A stretch of 64,000 nt of DNA from Mytilus trossulus (Eukaryota). A program made the translations under genes and the position numbers. The stretch is from positions 49,414,001-49,478,000 of the forward strand of contig NC_086386.1 of the NCBI RefSeq assembly GCF_036588685.1. Reading direction: 5' to 3'. Shown piece after piece: positions 13,551 through 26,195 of the stretch. Under the pieces are notes generated by a model. The model was not told where the DNA came from and did no database searches. It saw only the letters and a program-made list of their open reading frames with translations. The number at the start of each line of letters is the position of its first letter. Position 1 is the stretch's first letter.

Positions 13551-15091
13551 TAGTCTTTTATAACAAATAATAAGATAATGTATATAAAAAAGCTTATCGT
13601 TTTGACAAAAAGCAAATAAGACTAAAATGCTGGATGCTTAATATATTAAAACGAGATCGCACCTTGTAGAATCTCTGGAAACATAAAGCTTAGCTGATAT
13701 ATTACTGGTAAAATAAATATATACCATGGGAGCCGTGATTAAATTCTGAAACACTAAATTCAATTGTTAGGGTAAAAATAACCTTTCTGTCTTACAAAAT
13801 AGTTACCCGTCTATTTGGTCATTTATTTAACTGTCGACATGGATGTAAACTCATTTAAAAACGATACTTTTAACAGAATTTTTGAATATTTCTTCATAAA
13901 TATTACATTGAACGATATGGTCACTTCGGAATTTGAAGAGTGTGCTCTTCATCAAGGTAGTCAAATTAATTTACACATGTGAATGCAGTTATTGTTATTT
14001 ATTCTGTAATTTGTAAATGTGGATTATCAATCATCGTATTTGTTAATATGATCATATATTGAAAAATATTGTCTGATAAATTATGTAAAAATTTATTTAA
14101 CATTAAAAAACGTGGATAAATTCATGTGTTATGTTAGGTTAATCTCTTATCACCCATCATCAAATTATTAGAATTATTTGTTTATTAATTGCTTAATATT
14201 ATTGATACAAATGAACGCTTCGTGTTTTGTTTTTTTATTTTAACGACATCATTTCCAATTGTAATTATAATGCCTCTTTGTGAAAGACATGTTTGTTTCA
14301 GATAACGATGCACTTGACTGTGATTCTTTGCTTTTGTGTATGAAAAATATACATAAAAAGTTTCTGTGTGAGCATCAACAAATAAGGGCAGATGAAGACC
14401 ATTCATGTCTTCTAAGGTCAATCTTGTCTAAGGGTGATTTAGTAGTAATACATAAACTATTCATTTTTTTTATATAAATAAGACCGTTAGTTTTCTCGTT
14501 TGAATTGTTTTACATTGTCTTATCGGGGCCTTTTATAGCTGACTATGCGGTATGGGTTTTGCTCATTGTTGAAGGCCGTACGGTGACCTATAATTGTTAA
14601 TGTCGAAGTCATTTTGGTCTCTTGTGGACAGTTGTCTCATTGGCAATCATACCACATCTTCTTTTTTATATAACTCATATCAATTGGCGTTTGATTCTGA
14701 ACGTTCGAAAACCAAGATTTAATCCGATCTGCATTTCATTTGCCCCGATTTTTATTTTCATTTGCTACAGGTAAATTACGGACTGGAACAATGTCCACTG
14801 GCATAGACAGTGGTTTATTAAAAACTCAGAAAAATTTCCAAGATAACTTCAATAAAACAAACTTTCGCGAGCTATTTAGTTTACTGACTCTTACAAGTAA
14901 TAGATAACCCAAATAAGTTTAACTTGAATCTTTTGTTAAATTAATGCAAGGAAACTATCATTGAGTAAAAATTTATTCTGATTTTTTTTCTATCTGCAAA
15001 TTATATCATAACGCTCATTTCCACTTGCAAATTATATTTTAACGCTTATTTCGTGTCATATTTATTTTTAGCTCTTATGACAAGTCAACTA

Positions 15092-17776
15092 TCATTGTCG
15101 TTTATAAATACATTCTTCTCCGTATCTATCCTTAATCACATGAAACATTAAAATGATTAAGTGTATCAATGCCACGTTTTGTCTCCCTGTTGGAACTGTT
15201 TGCATTAACGACTTTGTATAACACTCAAACGCTTTTTTAAAATCGCCATTATAGAAATAACAATACCCTAATATGTTCAAATGCCTGAAACTATGGAGAG
15301 TTCCTTCGCATTCATTCACTGTAGAGTCTAAAGCATCCATGTACATGTAAGCCTCTTGGTCACATTCGGTGCAAATCACGGCTAGGTATAACATATACAC
15401 TAATGGATGAATCAAGAAAGCTCTCCCAACGGTGCATTCGAATTTCAGAGCATGGGGAACAAGCGATATGTCTGCTCTAGAAAATATTACATCTTGAGCT
15501 GTAGAAAGATATCCTTTTTTGTGATCAAAAGGATTTGGAAGTCCTTTCAGTTGAGTTGTAGTACCATTAAAAAAGTGTAATGTCTTGTATTTAGAACAAT
15601 GACCAGTGTACAGTAGGTTTTGTGACGGCGAATCTAGGATACTCCGAATAATGGAAATCACTTTTTGAGTATTTTGGAGTCTTAGACAGTATGTAGCTAA
15701 ATATAATTTACCAGATAATGCATCAATATTTTGGTTATCGTCCAGAAACTTCTGTAACTTTTCCAGTTTTTGCTGCTTTACAGTATTATCTTTAACATTA
15801 ATGATCGTCTCTAAATACGTCAATGCAATTCGAATATTAATAAACATGCGTACAGCTTCAGTGAATCTGTCTTCTATGTCCGTTAACGGTTTGTGATCCT
15901 CAAAGCCTACAAAATATTCAGCAAGTAGCTTAAAGTCAGCAAGAACAGTTTCTATATTCACTCCTAAAAAGCCTCGACCCTTATGATAATATTCCAAAGC
16001 CAATTTGTATGTTTCAAATTCTGTTGTGATTCTAGAATCCAGTTTTTCTCTGCATAACTGCAGAAAATCATCAACCTTCATTTCACTGTCTAGCCATGGG
16101 GATAAAAGGTCAACACCACCGACACACTGCAAAACATGGGCTACAATATCGGCTGAAATATCTTCAATGCATTTGATCATATTTTCTTTAAAAATGTGAT
16201 TTTCAAATCTATACGAGAACAAATTTTTTCGACGATCAATGTAGTGCTCCAGATAACGTTTTTCTATGCAATGTTTTAGAAATAGAAGACAATTGATGGT
16301 GCAACGAAGTAAATATTTTGGTTGCCATAGATGTTGAGGATTATTTTCAGACTGCCAAAGAAGTACAGTTTTCATGTGATATGAGCTCAATTCTTCTGGT
16401 GCGATAGGGTGTAGAAATTTCTTCAAAATATTTTTCATCAAAATAAAGCATTGAAGCTGTGTATCATTAAAATTCCATACCAACTCCCTTTCTTGTAACA
16501 AAAACGATACTCTCCATTCTAATGACGATGTAGATGACATTTTGTCTCCAACAGCGACTACGTGACATTTCAACTTTGTAATTTTTTCGATAAATTCTGT
16601 AGAAGGCCATCCATATTTTCTTTCCCTGGTAATCCACTCTTCGCCATCAATTGGCCATTCGTACAACGATATTCCAAAGGCGAAATCTTGTTCCACTGAT
16701 GCACCTAGCTTTTCCTTAATAAAGCCGTATATGTCTAAATTAGCTGCAGTGGCACTTGGTCCATGACGGGATGTTTCTGTTGGCGTATCTGCTGTCTTCG
16801 TCTTTGTCAGGAAATACATCCAGAAATCAACCATTTTATCACTGGAAAGAAATGTTTTATCCCCTTCGGTCGTTACCAACATATCATCAATAGTCTTTCC
16901 ATGATCATTAAAAATTGTTTTTATGTTTGGATCAAGTTTTACAGGCATCAATCTAGCAAACCCTGGAAGGCAAACTGAACTGTCTAGAATAAAAACCTGC
17001 CCTTCGATATCGTTTGATTGGTCTCTATCCTTACAAGCCGTAATATTTGAAGCAACGATCATTTTGTCGATATCGCTGTCTTTCACGTTCGTTCCTTCAG
17101 CCGTACTACCACCAAAGAATCTGCGTATTACTCCTTTATTTCGTGTATAATACAAATACTCTAGTGTAAGCATAGTGTTCTTTTGACCTTTAGTCTTACA
17201 AGAAGATGCCATTGTAAAAAATGTTGCGTTAGAGACAACATCCGATACTTTTTCCAACTCAGTGTCATTAATCTGAAATTGAAAATATAAAGTGTTACTG
17301 TCTTAAATCTGTTAACCAGACTCCTATTGAATATGCTTGTTATTGCCAACATTCGTTTCGTTTATTTCTATACACTTTGCAGGTGGCCTATTTGTTATTC
17401 TTATAGATTATCGTTGATCATCTCAACGAGATTGATTTTCTCGCTTGAGACGGGACGATAAAAGCATTCGAGTTGAGATGACCAATGATAATCTGTTTAT
17501 CGCTATTTTACCTATAAAGACGTTGTCAGTTTCATGTCAATTTCGTTAGCAACGGCACGCGCTTCCTTAATTTCTAGCGATAATCTTCCATCTCAAGCGT
17601 GTATTATGATGTGAAAAATCATCACAAAAAAAAACCAAATGAACAAAATAGCGATAATAGTACCATACTTTCCAACCTCTGACAATAAGAAATCACATGA
17701 CATGTCAAAAAGCGTGTAAAAACTGTTTACTTGTGGAAAATTATACCTCAGTCACCTCTCGAGATCGTGCTAGCAT
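15092..17776 (-). CDS. cGAS-like receptor (cGLR; Mab-21 family nucleotidyltransferase) with C-terminal helical/TPR-like region
   Basis: Large exon 15092-17272 after a tttcag acceptor. Motifs: GGSTAEG..SDIDKM (GS plus DxD), third acid in QDFAFGI, WRVSF, LSSYHMKTVLLW, LEHY..KNLF, and TPR-like LNILGYCYFYNGDFKKAFECYTKSL. A candidate phase-0 first coding exon at 17747-17776 (MLARSREVTE|gtataa) is less certain; the alternative start is the ATG at 17212. Confidence 0.88.
17402..17657. mobile_element. Crypton-like hairpin element, copy 1 (in the predicted cGLR intron)
   Basis: Internal inverted repeat attatcgttgatcatctcaac / gttgagatgaccaatgataat, and ttatcgctatt / aatagcgataa. Highly similar to 18182-18457. 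Confidence 0.6.
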
Positions 17777-18181
17777 AATAATGATTGAATTTGGGCAACT
17801 GTAGGAACTTAATAATTGGCAATGCAAATCTTAATGTCTACTAATCTATTGGTCAATTCTCGCCTCGATATAGCCTTTTTTTAAATTAGCGTGCATGCGG
17901 CGTAAAGCAAACACCAATCAATATTGGTCAATTATAATGATTTGCATGAATTATGACCCAGTTAACGATATACGCTGTCGTTTTCCAATAATGGTTAAGT
18001 GAAGACAGTAGGAAGTATAATGCCAATTTAATATTTCCATGCTCTCAAGAAAATTCGATTTGAGGTTGGCTAATATAATCGTTGTCATCGAAAATGTCCT
18101 GAATACTTATACTTATAAGTATTTGTTAAAATTGTATCTACTAGTATATCTAATCTCATTTTCTATCAATGAGTCTGTAAT

Positions 18182-18457
18182 TATAGATTATCGTTGATCA
18201 TCTCAACGAGATTGATTTTCTCGCTTGAGCTGGTACAGCGAAAATGAGAAAAGCAATCGAGTTGAGATGACCAATGATAATCTGTTTATCGCTATTTTAC
18301 CTATGACGACGTTGTCAATTTCATGTCAATTTCGTTAGCAACGCCACGTGGCCTGCTTAGTTTCTAGCGACAATTTTTCCATCTCAAGCGAGAAGCATGA
18401 TATGAAAATTATCACAAAAAAAAGATCAAAGGTAAAATGCAAAAAAAATAGCGATAA
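18182..18457. mobile_element. Crypton-like hairpin element, copy 2
   Basis: Same sequence as 17402-17657. Absent from the paralogous site at about 25468 (gagtctgtatttgaaaataa), which supports an insertion. Confidence 0.7.
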
Positions 18458-21400
18458 TTGAAAATAATACCGGTTATCTGTGTTTTTTTTGTTCGGGTCC
18501 CGTACTGGCTTTGTCTGTACTGTATTCGGGACGTGTTTTGTAGATTAGTTTGTCTTTCAAGTCTCAGTGGTTAAGTTAGAAGTAATGATCATTTCGGTTT
18601 TTTTATCTAGCGATTAATTCTTTTGTATTTGTATTTTTCTTCTCTCTTTTTTTTAACATAAAGACAACTGCATTAAACTGTTAATATGAACATCAACAGG
18701 ACATTTTACCCGGAAAATATGCTATATTGAGTTTAAACACGATTAACAGTCAAATCAAAAAAATTATGTCATAGAACCCTGTTCGTGAACTCCACAGTAA
18801 AAATCGTGGAGATTTCTTGTTTTTTAAATCCCAAAATTTTATGGTCATTTCGTCTCTGTTGGAATTTGGTTCAACACCAAAATCTCTGTGTGGTTTGAAG
18901 TTCGGGCAATTTTTATCTAGAAAGTTTCTTATCACCCATTTTCTGGTTGGAACATTGCAAAAGATTACTTATTTGAGTTCAATGTTAAATGCAATATTTT
19001 TGAATATCAAAAATGAAAGTAACTTTATAAATATGTTTAAATATAACATACCAACGATGAGTCTGATGTTGATTGTGTCATATCTTAGACTTAATCTAAA
19101 GCTATAAATGTAGGTTTGTTATCTGCCTGTTTCTTAACGTCATAAGTTTCATATGCTCGAACCGAATAAAGGAAGTAATATTCTTAGTATGTCACGTGGT
19201 TTGTTTAAATTTATTATAAATATATGTTAGGATAAAAAAAAAAGTGGACTTTTTTTTATTATTATTTATTTCAAGTAATATTTTTGGCAACCGTTTGCAT
19301 TTTGTTTTATGTGAAAAATATGTATATGTCTGTTTACTATCATTCATTTTATTATTTTTAATCAGTAATTTCAAGACCTTTATAATTAAAATCAAATGAG
19401 TCAGGACCTCCAATAATATTTTCATGATATTCTGAAATATTTAAGGACCTCTGCAATTCGATTTCAGGAAACAGTGGAGGACCTCTATCAATAGTTAGAT
19501 TAAAATTGTTTTGAATATTTCATGACCTCCACAAACATTAACAAATAATCTGTCAAAGCTTTGTTTAAATAAATAGATCTTTAATATGAGCGTCTCGATT
19601 AGGTTTACAAAGTTATGAATAATTTGTTAAAAGTGAAAATTAAAGGTGAAAAATCAAGAATAAGGATTTGATTTTTTTACGATGATTTATACATGTATCT
19701 CTTTTAAAAAAAGTAAAATTGTTTAAAAGGGGGCCCATATAGCTTCAACTGAATGAGCTAGTTAATTATTTGTCTATATAATCCGGATTGAAACGTGAGG
19801 AATAAAAGGCTGTTGAATGTACAATGGAAGACATTTAGATATAAGAAGAGAAAAAAAATATGCCAAAAAATAAAGAATAGCTAGAGAATGATCGAGAATG
19901 ATTGGATGATTGAATACAAAGAAGGGAAAATAATGGACAAAATCAATAGAGAATAGAAAAAATGGTATAAAAGGGGTATTCTGAAATTGAATTGTGAAGT
20001 AGATCTTGCCGTGTATAGATAACAAGTGCCTTTGCTTTTTTCCTCTGCTCGTTCCTGTTGACCTTTGTTTTGAATACACTTGATCAACACAAATAACGAC
20101 CAGGTAAAGTCTGCACGTTTATTGTGTTATTTTTAGGATCTGCATAATATTCGAATCACGATATTCCTAATTTTGGAGGTCTTGAACATGTTGAAAAAGG
20201 TGTGGAATCCTATAAAATTGGAATTAAATTTAAAAGGTCTTGCAATCGGGAACATATATATTGATTTAGGTATGCTGTTCCCAGTTAATGTATTTAAGGT
20301 AGACGGTACGTATACCGCCATCTTAGATTGAACAATCACAGTAAAAAAAACGGTGTCGTTATTTGCCTTCAGTTGATCTGCACATTTGGAGACAGATTTG
20401 CAATTAGACTGTTTAATAATGTAAAGAAAACTTGGTAGTTTATTGTATATTTCTAAATATTTAAACAAATATATTTTTTTAGCTCTTAGAATCATTTTTT
20501 TCAAAATGAGCCATTCAAGGGGAGATAACTCTTTTAGTAAAAAAAATTATACTAGACTAATAGGGATTTTTTTATTTTTACTTGTAACAAGAAAACAAGT
20601 TCGGTGACACCATTTTTTCTTTTTATTTTCTTGAAACATATTACAAAACATATCTTTTCACAAGTTATTTCAAAATTCTATCTCATACGTTATTTTTTAT
20701 GCATACAAATGTGTTTTTCCATGAACAATCAAACCAAATGTATGCAATTCTTCAACGACTCATAGCTTGAAAAAATAGCACGGTCACCTTTTATTATATT
20801 TTTGAAAAGAGCATATTAAAATCTTCATTCTGGCTAAGTATAAGAAAATTCTGTTTCGAAAAATATTTACTTATGATCTACTTTAATATCGCTCGTGTGT
20901 ATACGGAACTTGACAATTTTTAAATTTCTTTACTTGGAAAAATCAATTATCCGTAGTAAATAAGGATAGTGGATCGTGTCATGGATCATAGATAACAGTT
21001 GTATGTGTGCATCACTTTATGTTTAGCCAATATTTACATATTCAAATAGAGTTGTCGTTCATAAAAGTCGTCTTTTGATATTTTCTTGCGTATTAAAATA
21101 TCTTTTAAATTTAAGTTCATATTAAACACTCATTACTGTTATCAATAATTTACATAATGTAAAATATATAAACATTCTTCGTATATGTTCAGATTAGTAT
21201 GCATCTGTAGATCTTCAAATAGTATTACGCCATTTATGATTATTTATTAATGATGTACAACCAAGTTCAGTCAACTAAATGCTCTGACCACTTATGTGGT
21301 GGATTAAACCTGGTTTTATAGATTCTATTTGAAAATTAAGTCTGCGAAGAAGTAGACTTTACATTTAAACATAATTATCCTGCAAATGGATGTTCAACTA

Positions 21401-21900
21401 TACATTACTATTATACGTCCTCTTTTTTTCCCAAACATTTCTTTAGAGCAATAAGAATCAGCTGAATGTGTGATTACTGAATCGTATTACTACAGTTACT
21501 CAAGGGATTTCAAATCGAAAATAAATGCAATTAAAACATGTGTTTTTGTGTCTAATATACAGAATTAATTGCAGGATAAAGACAATAACTGAGACAATAA
21601 ATGTAATCATAGATGTAATGCCAATATGATGTATTGCAGCCAATGTGAAATCTTTCTATCATATGCCTCAACAGAGGAAAAAAACAACAGCGTAATATAT
21701 TTTTATATTGAGATTGCGAGATGAAATTTTTTTTTATAAAAAACTTTTAAAAAACATTATCACACTGTTTAGAAATGCCCATAACAATTTTGTAAAGAAT
21801 AACTAATGTTATGGAAATTCGTTCCGCATTTGTATCATTTGTTATTTTTGCATTTTTAATTATATATTTTCCTGTTTCTGGATAATTGTTTTGTATCCTA

Positions 21901-24900
21901 CACTACCAATAATTTACCCATACTTTTTTGGTACATTTCTACCCTCGTGCATATCAGTACTGTAAGGAAAGACTGAAAACTTATAATGTTATACTTTCAA
22001 TGAAATCAGTACTGATTTTGTCAGTACTGTTTCAGTACTGATTTTGACAGTACTGTTTCAGTACTGATTTTGACAGTACTGTTTTAGTACTGATTTTGTC
22101 AGTACTGTTTTAGTACTGATTTTGTCAGTACTGTTTAAGTACTAATTTTGACAGTACTGTTTTAGTACTGATTTTGACAGTACTGTTTTAGTACTGATTT
22201 TGACAGTACTGTTTCAGTACTGATTTTGTCAGTACTGTTTCAGTACTGAATTTGACAGTACTGTTTCAGTACTGATTTTGTCAGTACTGTTTCAGTACTG
22301 ATGTTGACAGTACTGTTTCCGTCAGTAATGATTCAGTACTGATTTCGTAAGTAGTGGTTCGTTACTAATTTCTTCAGTACTGTTTCATTATAACACTTTA
22401 AATCAGACTGTATCTGTATAGATGCCTAGTTGTTTTGAATATTTGGGGTGGGTTAATTGTTCTCTTTGACACTAACCCCATTTCCATTCATTTTCTATAT
22501 CGTGACATGTTTATAAAGATCACATAAATAGACCGATGGTTAAAGCTACACGTGTATGAAATACTTGCCACTGGCAAACACCAATACTTTGATGATGATG
22601 AAATAAATTATCATATTTTCCTTCTTTTTTTTTATTTAGAAACAAATTTCAACTTTGATTGATTATAATAAGACATGTAGTATCAGAAGTCCAGTCAATT
22701 AGTGATTACTGGACTTATGGTAGTATATAAAGTAATAAGTAAATTTTGATGTCATACCATTCCCTTCCATAATTGTGCATTCCTTTTATTTTTACATAAC
22801 ACAGAAATGAGGAAAGTTTTAACATCAGAAAATGTATTGTAGCCTAGACCTGTTGGTGACCTTCTGCTGTTGTTTTTTATTTGGTCGGGTTGTTGTCTCT
22901 TTGACACATACACCATATCCATTCTCAATTTTATTATTTATAAATTCATTACATTTTCTTTCCTCAGAATGATTAACAGCAATGGAGACAGGAGCAGACA
23001 TGGGAAAGTTCGATGTGAAAATTGAAGACCTATAAACAAAATGATGTATCAATATGGCACTCATCAGAAAAAAACAACCAACATTTAATCATGAACCATT
23101 GAATCCGGAGTTTCGTTCAAGTACCAAAACATTAAAGGTGGATGCTTATAATGAGCTCATATTAGAACTAAAGTGTCCTCTTGAATTACCACTGTATATG
23201 TACAAAGATACATCATATCCGGGACTGAATTGGGGAAAAGAGCCAGGAAACTGACATTCAACAAAGCATTCCAAAGAAAAGATGGCATAGGGGGAGAGCA
23301 ATGAAACATGATACATGCAAAATTAATTGTTTCTTTGATTGTTTTATTTATGAGCTTTAAAAGGTCATAAAATAACCAAGGGGCATGCAAATGACAGAGA
23401 TTTTTGCCACAAACTTCACATGTTGGTATGACATTGAATGTTTTATTAAATATTAGAAAATGATTATGATAAATAAAAGAAATTCCAGTTATGATTAATA
23501 ATAAGGTAATCGAGACATTGTTTTGTGTTGATTATAATGCATTGCCTAACATAGTAACATATGACTGCATTAATTACAACATATTTTAAGCAATAGCAAA
23601 ATACCAAAAAATGAACAGTATTGAAGATTCTAATCTTGTTTGATATAGATATAAATTATGCGCTATTATACAATTGATACTGTAAAATATCAGCCTCGAA
23701 CCACAGTGTGAATCTTCCTGATGTTGAGTGCGTATTATTTTTATAAACACTGAAAGACAGTCACAATCAAAATCAAGAAGTAAGCAAAGAATCACTAAGC
23801 GAAAGGGCATTTACAACAACACATTGAAAAATACATATATATAAAAACAACACGAACTCCATTAAAAACCGGGAGTGAATTCAGGTGCTCCTAATGCGTA
23901 TTATTTTTATAAACACTGAAAGACAGTCACAACCAAAATCAAGAAGTAAGCAAAGAATCACAAAACAAAAGGGCATTTACAACAACACTTTAAAAAAAAA
24001 ACATAAAAGACAACACGAACTCCATTAAAAACCGGGAGTGAATTCAGGTGCTCTTAATGGGTAAAATCCGATAAACTGCTAATCTTGCTTCATTTCTGTT
24101 GTTTTCTCCTTCGCCTCAATAGTTTTTCGATAGACAAGAGTGAGCTTGATCATTTTCCTTGGTCATGTTCACGTCGCTAAAAAAAATCTGCGCAGCAGGG
24201 TGATATAGTCAAAGAGAAAAACGTAACCAGCTAAAAAAGGATAATAATAATATTGCCACAGAATTATCAAACCTATATTTGGATACCAATTGTACTGAGA
24301 TGCACATTGTAAAAACTTCTCTAATGATAAACACTTAATCAGAGATATCTACAAAAGATACAAAATATGCCACAAATTATTATATAGCATACTTTACTTT
24401 ACCGATTTTAAAAGTTTTCAGTTCCAAATATTTTTTGAAACAATACACATTCAAGTTAAAAAGATTAACAACACCAAATCTACAAAAACAGTACTGAAAA
24501 TAACAATACCGAAATAGTACTGTCAACATCAGTACTGAAACAGTACTGACAAAATCAGTACTGAAACAGTACTGACAAAATCAGTACTGAAACAGTACTG
24601 TCAAAATCAGTACTAAAACAGTACTGTCAAAATCAGTACTGAAACAGTACTGTCAAAATCAGTACTAAAACAGTACTGTCAAAATCAGTACTGAAACAGT
24701 ACTGACAAAATCAGTACTGAAACAGTACTGTCAAAATCAGTACTAAAACAGTACTGACAAAATCAGTACTAAAACAGTACTGTCAAAATCAGTACTGAAA
24801 CAGTACTGTCAAAATCAGTACTAAAACAGTACTGTCAAAATCAGTACTGAAACAGTACTGACAAAATCAGTACTGATTTCATTGAAAGTATAACATTATA

Positions 24901-24981
24901 AGTTTTTAGTCTTTCCTAACAGTACTGATATGCACGAGGGTAGAAATGTACCAAAAAAGTATGGGTAAATTATTGGTAGTG
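21901..24981. mobile_element. Non-autonomous CACTA/EnSpm-like foldback element with long, internally repetitive inverted arms
   Basis: Ends CACTACCAATAATTTACC...GGTAAATTATTGGTAGTG, with TA on both sides. About 100 bp of near-perfect unique TIR is followed by arrays of a 26-bp unit (CAGTACTGATTTTGACAGTACTGTTT) at about 22007-22385 and, inverted, at about 24489-24876. No transposase ORF. Confidence 0.85.
23729..24058 (+). repeat. Tandem dimer of about 165 bp inside the CACTA-like element
   Basis: tgcgtattatttttataaacactgaaagacagtcac...gaattcaggtgctc occurs twice. Confidence 0.85.
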
Positions 24982-25346
24982 TACTTTGTTATGTTTTTCA
25001 CTGAAAGTGTACCATGAGGTGTATTTTCCAGAATTTGCAGAGTAACGCCAGAATGCCTTGTGATAATGTTTGGGAAAGGCATGTGATAATTTTTCTTTTC
25101 ATATATACTTAGAGAAAATAAACATAATTTTTTACAGTATGATAATAGCATTAAATTAACGTGAATTCCATGTTTTTATGACATGGTGTTTAGCGGGCTG
25201 ATATGAAAAATTTATCACATGCTTCGATTATTATCAAATGTCTTTCCGTAGCTTTATCACATGGCATTCCTGCGATACTCGGCAAATTGAGATATACACC
25301 TCAATGGTACATTTCCAGTGAAAAACATTACAAAGTAAGGTACAAA
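24982..25346. mobile_element. Palindromic MITE/Crypton-like element whose left tip was split by the CACTA element
   Basis: tactttgttatgtttttcactgaaagtgtaccatgaggtgta is inverted at tacacctcaatggtacatttccagtgaaaaacattacaaagta. The symmetry continues imperfectly across the CACTA insertion (ttgtatccta at 21891 versus taaggtacaa). Confidence 0.6.
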
Positions 25347-26195
25347 CCATTTATTTGGATACTGGAAAGTATATTGTGTAAAATGAAAAAAAGAAACATT
25401 AAACAAATGATATATTTTTGTTAAATTGTATTTATATTAAATCTCATTTTCTATCAATGAGTCTGTATTTGAAAATAATCCTGGTAATCCGCGCTTTTTA
25501 TTTCAGGTCGTGTACTAACTTTGTGTATTGTATGTGAGACGTGATTAGTAGGTTTGTTTGTCTTTCCTCAGTGGTTTAGTAAGTAGCTATGATGATTAAT
25601 TCATGCTCTTTTAACAAGCGATTTTTCCTACTGTTTCCTGTATTTCTTCCTTCTCTGCTTTTTTTAACATAAAGACAACAGCATTAAAGACTTATTAAAC
25701 TGTTGACATGAACAATTATCCACAGGACATTTCCCAAAAAAAATATGCGATATTGAGTTTAAGCACGGTTCACAGTAAAATCAAAATAATCATTGATGTC
25801 TTGGAAAACTGTTTGTTTATTCCACAGAAAAGATCGTGAAAAATTATAGAAAAAAAAAACATTTAAAAAATCTCAATATGTTATGGTATCTTTGTCTATA
25901 TTGAAATTCGAATCGACATCAAAATCATTCAGTTCAAATGACAAGAATTGTTCAATTCGTGTTAAGGTTGAATCCATTTTATCTAGTAAGTTTCTTATCA
26001 CCCATTTTCTTGTAAGATCATTGCAAAAGATTACTTATCTAAATTAAAGCTAAAATGTAATATTTTTAATAATTGAGAAAATGTTATAAAAGGGGTATCC
26101 TGAAATTTAATTGTGAAATAGATCTTGCCGTGGATAGAAACAAGTGCCTGTGCTGTTCCTCACTCGGCTCATTCCTGATGGTCTTTGTTTTGAAT

